Assembly (NCBI GenBank): GCA_046704725.1
Contig: JBJKRI010000007.1
Coordinates: 24,291-88,290 of the forward strand
DNA length: 64,000 nt
DNA from: Candidatus Woesearchaeota archaeon
GTDB lineage: Archaea; Nanobdellota; Nanobdellia; Woesearchaeales; SKIA01
Direction: 5' to 3'
In this document: positions 8,229-18,281 of the stretch, piece by piece
Layout: each line of letters begins with the position of its first letter
Numbering within the stretch: position 1 is the stretch's first letter
Notes under the pieces: generated by a model
Told to the model about the DNA's origin: nothing
Database searches by the model: none
The model's input: the letters and a program-made list of their open reading frames with translations, nothing else
Program-made: the position numbers and the translations under genes

Positions 8229-9082
8229 TGGGATTCGGCACGGTCTTCGCCACGCTCACCTTCCTCCTGATATTCGCGGGCATGGTCGTCGTGGTCACTG
8301 GCGTCCAGAAAGGCCTTGCCAACAGCGCAGTCCAGATGAACAAGGCACAGGCCATGGCCATCGTCGCGCAGCAAGAGGGCATCAGCATCCTCAGCTCGTC
8401 CTACGGCTACGGCGCGCTCAGCTACTGGCGCGTCACCTACGCCGACGGGTTCAACCTGGGCACTTTCAACAACACAACGGTCGTCGCCGACCAGGTCCAG
8501 CTCACTGCGAACGGCACGGGCACCTACACGAGCGAGGCCTACGACACGGGATTCACGAGCAACTACACCACCCTCTCATGGAGCGCGTTGCAGCCCGGCA
8601 CCAGCACAGTCACCTTCCAGGTGCGCAGCGCGAACAGCACCACCGCGCTCAACGCGACCCCATTCACCGGACCAGACGGTACCACGGCGACGAACTACAG
8701 CGTCTCGGGAAGCACGCTCAACGCCACGCTCAGCCAGAACCGTTACGTGCAGTACCGCGCGACCTTCACGAGCGCCGCCGGCTCGGACCCCATCTTGTAC
8801 GACGTCACGCTCGGCGTCAAGCGCGAGGCAGGGGACGTGAACCTCACCATCAAGAACACCGGACAGTCCATCCTCCACTTCGAGGACACCGACACATACG
8901 TGGACGGCGTGCGGGTGTTGCGCGACGACGCGCACCGCGTATTGCAAGAGCAGATCATCACCAACCCGCGTTTGTGGGACCCCGGCGAGGAGCTCAACGT
9001 GACGATCTTCACGACGATCAGCGCTCCGACGACAGTCATGGCCGTCAACGACTACGCCAAGGACCAGGTGATCGTCACATGA
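8228..9082 (+). CDS. flaF: archaellum protein ArlF (FlaF) with inserted domain
   Basis: MGFGTVFA N-terminus, LTIKNTG, YVDG, WDPGEELNVTI; longer than typical ArlF. Confidence 0.75.
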   Translation: MGFGTVFATLTFLLIFAGMVVVVTGVQKGLANSAVQMNKAQAMAIVAQQEGISILSSSYGYGALSYWRVTYADGFNLGTFNNTTVVADQVQLTANGTGTYTSEAYDTGFTSNYTTLSWSALQPGTSTVTFQVRSANSTTALNATPFTGPDGTTATNYSVSGSTLNATLSQNRYVQYRATFTSAAGSDPILYDVTLGVKREAGDVNLTIKNTGQSILHFEDTDTYVDGVRVLRDDAHRVLQEQIITNPRLWDPGEELNVTIFTTISAPTTVMAVNDYAKDQVIVT

Positions 9083-9783
9083 CCGAAAGCAAGCTCCTCA
9101 GCGTGAAGATCCGTCGCGACGAGCTCAACCGCACCCTCGGCGGCGGCCTGCCGGTCTCGAGCCTCATATTGCTCGAGGGCAGCGACGGCACGGGAAAGAG
9201 CCTGCTCGCCCAGCGCATGGCCTACGGCCTCGTTAAGAACGACGAGTCGGTCTCGTACCTCTCCACCGAGCTCAGCACGCAGGGCTTCGTCGAGCAGATG
9301 GCGAGCCTCGACTACGACATCAAGTACGACATGCTCGACGAGAAGCTGTTCTTCATCAGCCTGTTCCCCTACTACGGTGCCGGAAAGCTCCAGAAGAACT
9401 TCCTGGACATCCTCTTGTCGAGCAAGAAGCTGTTCTCGAGCGATATCATCGTCTTCGACACGCTCAGCTTCCTGCTCGTGGACGAGTCCCTCTCCTCGGA
9501 GGACGCGTTCGCGTTCCTCCAGTTCATCAAGCGCCTCAACGGCCTGGGAAAGACCATCATCTTGTGCGTGGACCCCGACCACCTCAACGCGCGGCTGCTC
9601 ACTCTTATCCGGTCGAGCTGCGACGTCATCTTCGACCTGGAATTGCGCACTTTCGCGGGGCAGATGGTGCGCGTCATCAACGTCAAGCGGTTCAAGCGTT
9701 CGGGAGGGGAAGTGCTCAGCGCCATCCCGTTCCGCGTCGAGCCGGGCAAGGGACTCATCATCGAGATCGTGACATTCAGCTAG
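9079..9783 (+). CDS. flaH: archaellum KaiC-like ATP-binding protein ArlH (FlaH)
   Basis: DELNRTLGGGLP, Walker A GSDGTGKS, FRVEPGKG; ATG overlaps the flaF stop. Confidence 0.95.
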   Translation: MTESKLLSVKIRRDELNRTLGGGLPVSSLILLEGSDGTGKSLLAQRMAYGLVKNDESVSYLSTELSTQGFVEQMASLDYDIKYDMLDEKLFFISLFPYYGAGKLQKNFLDILLSSKKLFSSDIIVFDTLSFLLVDESLSSEDAFAFLQFIKRLNGLGKTIILCVDPDHLNARLLTLIRSSCDVIFDLELRTFAGQMVRVINVKRFKRSGGEVLSAIPFRVEPGKGLIIEIVTFS

Positions 9784-9784
9784 G

Positions 9785-11431
9785 ATGGTAAAGAGAAGAC
9801 ACGCTTCGGAGAAGACGGAGGACATGGGGCAGGCCATGGCCAAGTATCCCCACCTCGCGCGCTATGTCGACCGTATCAGCGCCGACCTCGGAGAGCCTGA
9901 TTGGCGCGTCGAGCTCGACCGCTCCATGCGCAACGAGGAGAATCCGAATATCATCTATCCCGTTGGGGACCCGATATTCATCCATATCTACCGCGACCAC
10001 GAGAAGGGCGAGACCATGTACCACGTCATCGAGCCGCGTCTCTCCGACAAGGAGGAGAAGCTCTATGACCAGGTCATGGACAAGATGATCGAGCACGCCC
10101 ACAAGTACCCCGTCCCGAACAAGATCGAGGACGCCGGCGAGATCATCAAGAAGATCTACGACGAGGTCGTCAAGGTAAAGGACACGGAGGCCAACGTCCT
10201 CGAGCGCACGGTCGAGAGCAAGATCCATCTCACGCAGCAAGAGTATGACGAGCTGTGGTACTACATCTATCGCAACCGTGTCGGCTACGGCAAGCTCGAA
10301 CCCCTCTTCTACGACCCCTATCTAGAGGATATACACTGCACGGGCGTCGGCAACATCAAGACCATCCACAAGATCTTCGAGATGGTCTACACGAATATCG
10401 AGTTCCGCGACGACATCGAGCTCAATAAGTACATCCTCGACGCGTCCGAGCGTGTCGAGCGCCCCGTCAGCGACGCGAACAGCGTGGTGGACGCGATCAT
10501 GCCCGACGGTTCGCGTGTCAACTTCATCTACGGCCGGGAACTGTCGCTCGAAGGATCGAGCTTCACCGTGCGTAAGTTCAGCGAAGTCCCCGTAAGCATC
10601 GTGCAGATCTGCCAGTGGGGCACGATGAGCCCGGAGATCGCCGCCTACCTCTGGCTGTGCCTCGAGAACGGCATGAACATCTTCGTTTGCGGCGAGACCG
10701 CTTCGGGAAAGACCACAACGCTCAATGCCGCGAGCGTCTTCATCAAGCCCGACGCGAAAGTGTATTCGGTGGAGAACACCCCGGAAGTCACCATGCCTCA
10801 CCCCACCTGGCAGCACCTGGTCACCAGGGAGGCGGGAAAGGACACGGATGTCACCATGTTCGACCTCTTGATAGCCGCGTTGCGTAGCCGTCCCAACTAT
10901 ATCGTCGTGGGAGAGATCCGCGGCGAGGAGGGAAACGTCGCTTTCCAGGCCATGCAGACGGGCCACCCCGTCATCAGCACCTTCCACGCCGGTTCGCCGC
11001 ACAGCATGATCCAGCGCTTGACGGGTCATCCGATCAACGTTCCCATCGCCTCCATCGACAACCTGAACATCGTGCTCATCCAGCAGGCGGTCAGCCTGAA
11101 CGGGCGCATGGTGCGTCGCGTATTGTCCGTGACGGAGATCGAGCGCTACTATGATGTCGAGAACAAGGTCATCACACGGGAGGTCTTCAGCTGGGACGCG
11201 GTCAATGATGTGCACCGCTTCCGCGGCCTGTACAATTCCTACATCCTCGAGAAGAAGATCGCGAGCATGCTCGGTTACGCCGACACCCGCGAGATCTACG
11301 CGGAGCTCAACCGCCGCAAGAAGATCATCGAGCACCTCGTCGAGCAGAACATCGACAACTACTTCGACGTCTGGGACGTCATCTCACGATTCACCAAGGA
11401 GGGCGAGGCGGCGTTGCCGTTCGTGATCTAG
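9785..11431 (+). CDS. flaI: archaellum motor ATPase ArlI (FlaI)
   Basis: NPNIIYPVGDPIFIHI, GETASGKTT, LRSRPNYIVVGEIRG, AMQTGH. Confidence 0.96.
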   Translation: MVKRRHASEKTEDMGQAMAKYPHLARYVDRISADLGEPDWRVELDRSMRNEENPNIIYPVGDPIFIHIYRDHEKGETMYHVIEPRLSDKEEKLYDQVMDKMIEHAHKYPVPNKIEDAGEIIKKIYDEVVKVKDTEANVLERTVESKIHLTQQEYDELWYYIYRNRVGYGKLEPLFYDPYLEDIHCTGVGNIKTIHKIFEMVYTNIEFRDDIELNKYILDASERVERPVSDANSVVDAIMPDGSRVNFIYGRELSLEGSSFTVRKFSEVPVSIVQICQWGTMSPEIAAYLWLCLENGMNIFVCGETASGKTTTLNAASVFIKPDAKVYSVENTPEVTMPHPTWQHLVTREAGKDTDVTMFDLLIAALRSRPNYIVVGEIRGEEGNVAFQAMQTGHPVISTFHAGSPHSMIQRLTGHPINVPIASIDNLNIVLIQQAVSLNGRMVRRVLSVTEIERYYDVENKVITREVFSWDAVNDVHRFRGLYNSYILEKKIASMLGYADTREIYAELNRRKKIIEHLVEQNIDNYFDVWDVISRFTKEGEAALPFVI

Positions 11432-11432
11432 G

Positions 11433-13100
11433 ATGCGCGAGTGGATATACGCCATGGGCTTCGAGGACCTGCAGGAGTTCTTCATGAAATTCGGCCTGCC
11501 CATCATGGGGGGCACCATCGTCTCGTATTTCGTCCTCATGCTGTTCTCCGTTCCCTGGTGGCTGCCGTACGTCTTCCTCCTCGCCGGTTCGGGGTTCATC
11601 TTCGTGTACCCGTACATGCAGTTCGAGAAGAAGAAGGTGAACATCCACGAGAACATCCATTTGTTCATCACCTACGCCGGCACGATTAGCACGCTCGACG
11701 TGAACCGCTCGCAACTCTTCGAGCATGTCTCCAAGCAGCAGCAGTACGGATACATCACCGAGGTCACCCAGAAGATCCTGTATCTCGCGCGCGAATGGAA
11801 CCTCGGCTTCGCCCAGACCTGCAGGAAGATGGCGAAGTTCTCCCCCTCGCGCATCTTCTCGGACTTCCTCGACCGGTTGGCCGCCGTCCTCGACTTCGGA
11901 GAGGACCTCCAGACGTTCCTCACCGAGGAGCAGGAAGCCGTGCTCGCGGACTACGGCACCGAGTACAAGCAATCCCTGGAGAACATCAAGACATTGCAGG
12001 ACGTGTTCATCAGCATCACCGTCGCCATGGCCTTCGCGCTCGCAGCGGCGTTGATGCTGCCGCTCCTCATGGGCGTGAGCATGATGCTCGTCGTGCAGTA
12101 CGCCCTGCTCTCGCTCGTGTTCGTGGACGCGTTGCTCATCATGCTCATCAAGCTCTTCATCCCACAGGACCGCCTGCCCCATCGGCTCAAGATCAAGGAC
12201 CAGGGCTCCCTGCGCATCCGCAAGTGGCTGTACTTCATGGTCCCCGCCGCAGTCGCGGTCTTCGGCGTCCTGACGGTCGTCGGCGTCTTCGACTTCCTCA
12301 TCAACGCGACGATCTCGAGCTTCCCCCTCTTCGTGGTCGGCGTCATCGCCATCCAGGAGGAGAACGAGATATTCAGGCGCGACAAGGCGTACCCCGCTTT
12401 CGTGCGCGCAATCGGCGGCACGATCTACGTGCGCGGCGGCGGCGTGACCAGCGCTCTCGGAGCCTTGCAGGTCCACGACTTCGGCCCCTTGCAGCCCATG
12501 ATCACGAACCTTTATCGCCGCTTGCGCCTCGGCACGGACAAGGCGAAGAGCTGGCTGCACTTCTCGGGAGAGACGGGCAGCAACCTCATCTACTACTTCA
12601 CAGAGATCTTCCGCGAATCCATCTATCTCGGCGGCCACGGCGAAAAGATCGGCAAGATGATCAGCGACAACTTCTCCCGCCTCCTCGCGTTGCGCAAATT
12701 GCGCTTGCAGTTGGCGAGCGGTATGCGGGGCGCATTGTACGGCGGCCTCGTCGGTTTCGTCGCGACCGTCTACATGGCTACCGCCATCACGGACATGCTC
12801 TCCAAGCTCTTCGGCGGCGCCATCGGCACGGGCGACGCGGCGTCTAGCGCTTCGCAGTTGTTCGCGCAGATATTGCCGAAGATCCCTCCCATCAACATGC
12901 AGCTCGTCGCATTGTACATCGGCATCATGGTGCTCATCCACGCTATCAGCAGTTCGTATATCATCAAGCTTATCGACGGCGGCAAGTGGACGGCCATGTT
13001 CTTCGACCTGTCCGGAATGCTCGTCATCGGCTCGGTATTGTCTTGGGTGATCCCCAAGCTCTCGCAGTGGGCGTTCGGCAACATCGTGCTCGGCGGCTAA
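11433..13100 (+). CDS. flaJ: archaellum membrane platform ArlJ (FlaJ)
   Basis: 555-aa polytopic protein with two T2SSF-like domains (FSDFLDRLA; LYRRLRLG) after flaI. Confidence 0.93.
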   Translation: MREWIYAMGFEDLQEFFMKFGLPIMGGTIVSYFVLMLFSVPWWLPYVFLLAGSGFIFVYPYMQFEKKKVNIHENIHLFITYAGTISTLDVNRSQLFEHVSKQQQYGYITEVTQKILYLAREWNLGFAQTCRKMAKFSPSRIFSDFLDRLAAVLDFGEDLQTFLTEEQEAVLADYGTEYKQSLENIKTLQDVFISITVAMAFALAAALMLPLLMGVSMMLVVQYALLSLVFVDALLIMLIKLFIPQDRLPHRLKIKDQGSLRIRKWLYFMVPAAVAVFGVLTVVGVFDFLINATISSFPLFVVGVIAIQEENEIFRRDKAYPAFVRAIGGTIYVRGGGVTSALGALQVHDFGPLQPMITNLYRRLRLGTDKAKSWLHFSGETGSNLIYYFTEIFRESIYLGGHGEKIGKMISDNFSRLLALRKLRLQLASGMRGALYGGLVGFVATVYMATAITDMLSKLFGGAIGTGDAASSASQLFAQILPKIPPINMQLVALYIGIMVLIHAISSSYIIKLIDGGKWTAMFFDLSGMLVIGSVLSWVIPKLSQWAFGNIVLGG

Positions 13101-14386
13101 CGCCGCGTGTCGTTCGGCCGTTCCAGGACTGTGTTGTATCCTCGAGTCGGCTCAACATGGATATCCTGGCTGAAGGACTGGAACCCCCCTGAGTGGAGCA
13201 GTTCGTTCCGCAGGAGGGACTGCCCAGCATGGTCTATGATTCCAGCGATCCGTTTTCTGAACATGTGGTCATAACCAAGAATCGTGTATTTCACGTCACG
13301 GCGAGTCGGCGATATATGCCAATAACCTTTCGTGGTGAAATACGCGTCCCGCATCAGTCGCTTCGTGGCGCGCGCCCTTTCCGATACATGGTCCCGCACG
13401 TGTGCCGCGACCGATGCGCTCGCAGCCCCGAACCGGCGGCCAAGAGCGAGCCATTCCTGCTGGTCCTGCGGAAGCGTCGTGGCGATTGACTCGATCCGTT
13501 CTCCGAGCGGGGAGAGCCCTCTGTACCGGGTTCGCGGAAGGATGGCCGGTTTTCCTTGCGGCTCGAGCTGGTTGAAGCCATCGACCGTCGCCGAAGCGAG
13601 CGCTCCGGCGTATCGCTTTGCGGCACCACGAGTGGATTGAGCGGCCTGCCTCGCCGTTCGTCCCAGATAGCCTGCCGTGCGATGGGCATGGGATGCGACA
13701 GCCCTTCCATAGTCGCGAGACGCTTCCACGACCCCCCGTTCCAAACGTAGCGTTTGGATTGATGCTTCCATCGCGTTCAGATAAAGGCTGTGCATGAGCT
13801 CGTTCAAGCGGTGTGTTGCTGCCCCCGCGACCTTCCCTGTCGCGCGTGACCTTTCGGTCCGGGATGCCAGCTCCGAAGCATCCGGGATTGTTTCTTCCGG
13901 TCTGGAAAGCCTCCCGTGCCGTTCTCGTACGTCGGCGACGGGAACGTGAGCTGATGCCGATCCCTCAAGCGCTCCTCGCACACGCCTGCCTACAGCATCG
14001 TGCACCGCTTTGGATCTCCTGACTCCATAGGTCACGCCGGTGCGGAAGAATCCCGTGATCGTCTCCATGTCGTCCGCGAGACATTGCATGAGCAGCCTGC
14101 CCGCATTGTCGAACTCTTGCGCCAGGATGGCGCGGTTCTCCTTGTAGATCTCGACCATCAATCCCCCGCCTTTGGCCATGCCCCTCCCCAACGCGCGGAA
14201 GTTCACTGGGAAATGGCTCCACCAGGTATCCTTGGGATCGATGAGCGGTCCGGAATGCCTCGATCGGTTGGCACTGGGGTTCAGCGTTACACGTCCTCGT
14301 CCAGAAGTGTGATGATGCAGGTGTGGCGGCGGCGCATGCACTCGTATCTCAGTGTCTCCCCCACTTCCGCGCCGAGGCTCTTGCAT
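13097..14386 (-). CDS. hypothetical protein (ORFan)
   Basis: 429-aa ORF filling the gap between flaJ and thrS; TATA-like ATATATA ~27 bp upstream. Confidence 0.55.
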   Translation of the reverse strand: MQEPRRGSGGDTEIRVHAPPPHLHHHTSGRGRVTLNPSANRSRHSGPLIDPKDTWWSHFPVNFRALGRGMAKGGGLMVEIYKENRAILAQEFDNAGRLLMQCLADDMETITGFFRTGVTYGVRRSKAVHDAVGRRVRGALEGSASAHVPVADVRERHGRLSRPEETIPDASELASRTERSRATGKVAGAATHRLNELMHSLYLNAMEASIQTLRLERGVVEASRDYGRAVASHAHRTAGYLGRTARQAAQSTRGAAKRYAGALASATVDGFNQLEPQGKPAILPRTRYRGLSPLGERIESIATTLPQDQQEWLALGRRFGAASASVAAHVRDHVSERARATKRLMRDAYFTTKGYWHISPTRRDVKYTILGYDHMFRKRIAGIIDHAGQSLLRNELLHSGGFQSFSQDIHVEPTRGYNTVLERPNDTRR

Positions 14387-14422
14387 GCGTGCGGAAACCG
14401 AGCAATCACAGGTATATATTCC

Positions 14423-16321
14423 TTACTCGTGGTCGGCGATGGCTTCCGAGACCCTGGCGGCGAAGGCTCCGAGCGATTCGGCGCCGTGCACGGTCCCGTC
14501 GCGTGTGCGTACCGTGACAGAGGTGTCTTTTTCTTCCTTGTCGCCGACGACGAGGATATAGGGTATCTGGGCGAGCTGGGCGTCGCGCACCTTCTTGTTG
14601 AGCGTGTCCTGCTTGTCGTCCACCGCGGCACGTATGCCTTCCTCCTCGAGGGTCTCGACCACTTTCCCGGCGTAGTCGTTGTGCCTGTCCGCTATCGGCA
14701 ATACGCGCACCTGCTCCGGCGACAGCCACAAGGGCAGTTTGCCGGTGTAGTGCTCCATGAGCACGCCGATGAAGCGCTCCAGGCTTCCGAGCAGTGCGCG
14801 GTGGATCATGACGACGTGGTGCTTGGCGTTGTCCTCGCCGGTGTAGACGCAGTCGAATCGCTGTGGCAACTGGTAGTCGAGCTGTATGGTGACCGTCTGC
14901 CACTGCCGGCCCAACGCGTCCTTGATGGAGAAGTCGATCTTCGGTCCGTAGAAGGCTCCGTCACCGGCGTTGATCTCGAATTGCAATCCTGCTTCCTGCA
15001 ATACTTCTGTCAGCGCTTTCTCCGCGGCGTCCCACGTCTTGACCTCTCCGAGGAACTTCTCCGGTCGCGTCGAGAGCTGGATGCGGTCGAACTCCATGTG
15101 CATGACGTCGTGGTAGATGTATTTCGCAAAATCGATGAGTCCTGCCATCTCCTGCTTGATCTGGTCCTGCCTGCAGAAGATGTGCGCGTCGTCCTGGCTG
15201 AACTTGCGCACGCGTGTCAATCCTCCCAATACCCCGCGCAGCTCGTTGCGGTGCAATGGCGCGAAATCCGCGATCCGTACCGGCAGGTCGCGGTAGCTGT
15301 GCTGCGTCCGGTTGTAGATGAGGCAGTGGCTCGGGCAGTTCATGGGCTTGAGGCTCATGGTCTGTCCCTCGTCCTCGAGGATGAACATGTCCTCTCGGTA
15401 GTGCTCCCAGTGGCCGCTCTGCTCCCACAATGCCTTGTCGTACAATAACGGTGTGATGACCTCCTGGTAGCCGCGCTTCGGATACTCGGATCGCAGGAAA
15501 GCGAGCAGTTCGTTGTAGATGATCGCCCCTTTCGGGTAGAAGAACGGGCTTCCCGGGCTTACCTCCTCGAAGCCGTAGTAGTCGAGCTGTTTTCCGAGCA
15601 CCCGGTGGTCGCGTCGCTTGGCGTCCTCGAGCCGCTCGAGGTATTCCTTCAATTGCTTCTTATCGGGGAACGTGATGCCGTAGATGCGCGTGAGCTGCTC
15701 GTTCTTGGCGTCGGCGCGCCAGTAGGCTCCGGACAGTTTGGTGAGCTTGACGGCGTTGACAAGTCCCGTCCGTGGGATGTGCGGTCCTCGGCATAGGTCG
15801 AGATACTCGCCCTGCCTGTATGAGGACAATTCCTCGTCGCTCTCGGTGATGATCTCTTTCTTGAACGGGTTGTCGGCGAAATCCTTCTCCGCCTCCGCTT
15901 TGCTCTTGTACTCGTGCCGCTCGCTGGGGAAATCCTCTTTCGCCGCTTTCTTCATCTCATCCTCGATGCGTCCGAGGTCGTCCTCTTTTATGGGTAGGTT
16001 CGCGAAGTCGTAGTAGAACCCTCCTTCCTCCAGAGGCGGTCCGATGGTCGGCTTGGCCTCGGGGTACAATCGCTTGACCGCTTGCGCGAGCAGGTGCGCT
16101 GACGAGTGCCAGAACACGGTTTTGCCTCGCGGGTCGTCGAACGTGATGATCTCGATACTCGCGTCTTTCTCGATGGGCCGCGACAAGTCGACAAGCTCTC
16201 CGTCGATAGCGACGACCAGCGCCGCCTGCGCGAGCCGTTCGCCGATGGCTCTCGCCACGTCGAGTCCTGTCGTTCCCTTCTCGACGGTCTTCTTCGCGCC
16301 GTCCGGCAGCGTGAGCTCCAT
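14423..16321 (-). CDS. thrS: threonine--tRNA ligase, bacterial-type (TGS + SAD editing domain)
   Basis: MELTLPDG TGS start, HSSAHLLAQA, DLCRGPH, RDHR, LKPMNCP, GAFYGPKID. Confidence 0.97.
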   Translation of the reverse strand: MELTLPDGAKKTVEKGTTGLDVARAIGERLAQAALVVAIDGELVDLSRPIEKDASIEIITFDDPRGKTVFWHSSAHLLAQAVKRLYPEAKPTIGPPLEEGGFYYDFANLPIKEDDLGRIEDEMKKAAKEDFPSERHEYKSKAEAEKDFADNPFKKEIITESDEELSSYRQGEYLDLCRGPHIPRTGLVNAVKLTKLSGAYWRADAKNEQLTRIYGITFPDKKQLKEYLERLEDAKRRDHRVLGKQLDYYGFEEVSPGSPFFYPKGAIIYNELLAFLRSEYPKRGYQEVITPLLYDKALWEQSGHWEHYREDMFILEDEGQTMSLKPMNCPSHCLIYNRTQHSYRDLPVRIADFAPLHRNELRGVLGGLTRVRKFSQDDAHIFCRQDQIKQEMAGLIDFAKYIYHDVMHMEFDRIQLSTRPEKFLGEVKTWDAAEKALTEVLQEAGLQFEINAGDGAFYGPKIDFSIKDALGRQWQTVTIQLDYQLPQRFDCVYTGEDNAKHHVVMIHRALLGSLERFIGVLMEHYTGKLPLWLSPEQVRVLPIADRHNDYAGKVVETLEEEGIRAAVDDKQDTLNKKVRDAQLAQIPYILVVGDKEEKDTSVTVRTRDGTVHGAESLGAFAARVSEAIADHE

Positions 16322-16443
16322 GGTCCCCGGGCAGGGCACAGTGTTTAAAAAAGCTTGTCTCTGGAACGACGAACGAGGGGTGAACGGGCCTGCGCGGAAC
16401 CCGTTGCGCAATGCTTAAGTAGTTATTCACTCGTGCGTAGCGC

Positions 16444-16920
16444 ATGAATCTCCTGCAGCGTTGCCTCCTAACCATGAGCGCCGCGATCGCCGTGACCGGC
16501 ACGGGCGCGCTCGGAGGGCTCGGAATCTCATCCGCCGTCAGGTCGCCCCGAAAGAACGCCCGAGACAACACTGTGGCGCCGGCGATGCAGGTCTACGGTT
16601 TTCCCAGCGGACCGGATCCTTTTGGGACCCTCGATCCGCACCAGCTCCCGGATACCGTCGTCGTGGACGTTACATACAAGCAAGACGGATATCTCATCAT
16701 CCGCGCTGGCCCCAAGCGCAGGAAAGACCTCAATGATTGGGAGATACGCGTGGATGGCGAGCGCAAAGAACAGGATGCGCTCGAAGCGTTGCTCACGCGC
16801 GGCAGCGAGATACGTGTCCTCCCGGGAAAGCGACAGTACCGAGGACTGGTCGTCCAAGTGCCATGGACGCGGATCGAGCCGCTCTTCCCGAAGATGAAAC
16901 CGCAGTATCTCATTCTCTGA
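16444..16920 (+). CDS. hypothetical secreted/membrane protein
   Basis: 158-aa ORF with hydrophobic N-terminus; CTTAAGTA upstream. Confidence 0.55.
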   Translation: MNLLQRCLLTMSAAIAVTGTGALGGLGISSAVRSPRKNARDNTVAPAMQVYGFPSGPDPFGTLDPHQLPDTVVVDVTYKQDGYLIIRAGPKRRKDLNDWEIRVDGERKEQDALEALLTRGSEIRVLPGKRQYRGLVVQVPWTRIEPLFPKMKPQYLIL

Positions 16921-17472
16921 CTACGTGAAGAACCAGAGCAGCGCTGGCAGTATCAGCGAGACGAGCCCGACGCCGAGCAGGATGAGCATGCGCAGGTCGC
17001 GTTCCTCTTCTTTCCACGCGCGCGCGAGCGCGGTCGCGATGAGTATGAGCCCGAGCAGTCCGAGCACGCCGAGCCGCGCGGTGTTCGGGTCGTGGTTCAC
17101 GTACAGGTTGTATGTGTGCGTGTAGCTCGTGTTGCCCACGTCGAACCGCACATCTATCGTATAGTTTCCGCCGTGGGGGAACGCGTACGTGAATCCGCTG
17201 CCCCCGCCGGAAGCGGTCATCGTCGACGAGAAGCCGTTCTGGTCGTCCCCGACGATGCTCACCCACACGGCCTGCACAGGCAACGGTTGCTGGCTCGTGT
17301 TGTTGCCGAGCGTGACCAGGAACTGCGTGGGCGTTCCCGCGACGGGCTGCGCGGGGGACCACCCGAGGTCGTAGACGAGCCCGTCCTTGACGAAGTCCTT
17401 CCCCGCATCGAGGTGCGCAGCGGCGAGCGGTACGAGCAGCAAGAGAAGCGCAATCACTACCGCTGTACGCAT
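16921..17472 (-). CDS. membrane protein with Ig-like (YtkA/FixH-like) extracellular domain
   Basis: Signal peptide, SPAQPVAG, YAFPHGGNYTIDVRF, two C-terminal TM helices. Confidence 0.7.
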   Translation of the reverse strand: MRTAVVIALLLLLVPLAAAHLDAGKDFVKDGLVYDLGWSPAQPVAGTPTQFLVTLGNNTSQQPLPVQAVWVSIVGDDQNGFSSTMTASGGGSGFTYAFPHGGNYTIDVRFDVGNTSYTHTYNLYVNHDPNTARLGVLGLLGLILIATALARAWKEEERDLRMLILLGVGLVSLILPALLWFFT

Positions 17473-18047
17473 CAGTCCTCGTCCTCCTCGTACTCCCAGG
17501 CGTGTTTTTTCTCCTCGACCTTCTTCTCGATCTTGGGGAAGCGCTCGATCATGTTCTTCTCGTGCAGGTCGTACTTGTCCAAGGGCATGCGGAAGTACTC
17601 GCTGTAGCGTCCTTCCTGGTTCTTGTGCAGTCGTTCGATCTGCCGCGAGAAGTTCAGAGGCAATTCTGTCAGCACGGTCTCGACGAGCAGGTTGATCTTC
17701 GTCTCTCCCAGCGCTCCGCGGTCGGGCACGAGGTGGTGGCCGACAAGGTGCAGGAGCTCTCCGAACATGAACTTCTGGTCCTCGTCGTATTGGAGCGTGA
17801 CCGGCTCGTGGAAGCTCCCTCCCCGGTCGCGGTCGACGATGTAGATGCGTATCTCCTCGCGGGGGATGGTGTTGCCGCTGTATTGCTCCATCTTGTAGAT
17901 GCAGTCGAGTAAGAATCGGTCGGTGAGTTCTTTGAGTTCCGTGCAGCTGCCTTCGAGCTCCTGGAAGCGCTTCCAGACCTGTTCCCGGCTCTTGTGGTAG
18001 TTGAGCTGCCGGTTGTACATGTAGCTGTAGATGATCTTGATGTCCAT
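17472..18047 (-). CDS. hypothetical protein (possible degenerate zincin-like)
   Basis: 191 aa from ATG 18047 (MDIKIIYSY...); FHEPVTL...ELLHLVGHHL; host-like codon use. Confidence 0.7.
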   Translation of the reverse strand: MDIKIIYSYMYNRQLNYHKSREQVWKRFQELEGSCTELKELTDRFLLDCIYKMEQYSGNTIPREEIRIYIVDRDRGGSFHEPVTLQYDEDQKFMFGELLHLVGHHLVPDRGALGETKINLLVETVLTELPLNFSRQIERLHKNQEGRYSEYFRMPLDKYDLHEKNMIERFPKIEKKVEEKKHAWEYEEDED

Positions 18048-18114
18048 TGGCTTTCTGCCCAACGCACTGCCGCTTTTAATGCTTTCTACGCATGGCAGAA
18101 TGGAAAACGCGTGC

Positions 18115-18231
18115 TCACAGCGTGAGAAGCCCGACGATGACAAGAACGAATCCCAAGAGGATGAGCAACGCCCCGTACAGGACGTATCTCGGCTGTTCGC
18201 GGATGAAAGACAGGTCCAAGTCGAGGTCCAT
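18115..18231 (-). CDS. 38-aa single-TM small protein (not in ORF track)
   Basis: MDLDLDLSFIREQPRYVLYGALLILLGFVLVIVGLLTL*; TTTAAATA ~25 bp upstream on minus strand. Confidence 0.6.
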   Translation of the reverse strand: MDLDLDLSFIREQPRYVLYGALLILLGFVLVIVGLLTL

Positions 18232-18281
18232 GTGTCGTCCAGGAGATATACGTATTTAAAGAACGCGGTTTGCGTCAGGGT

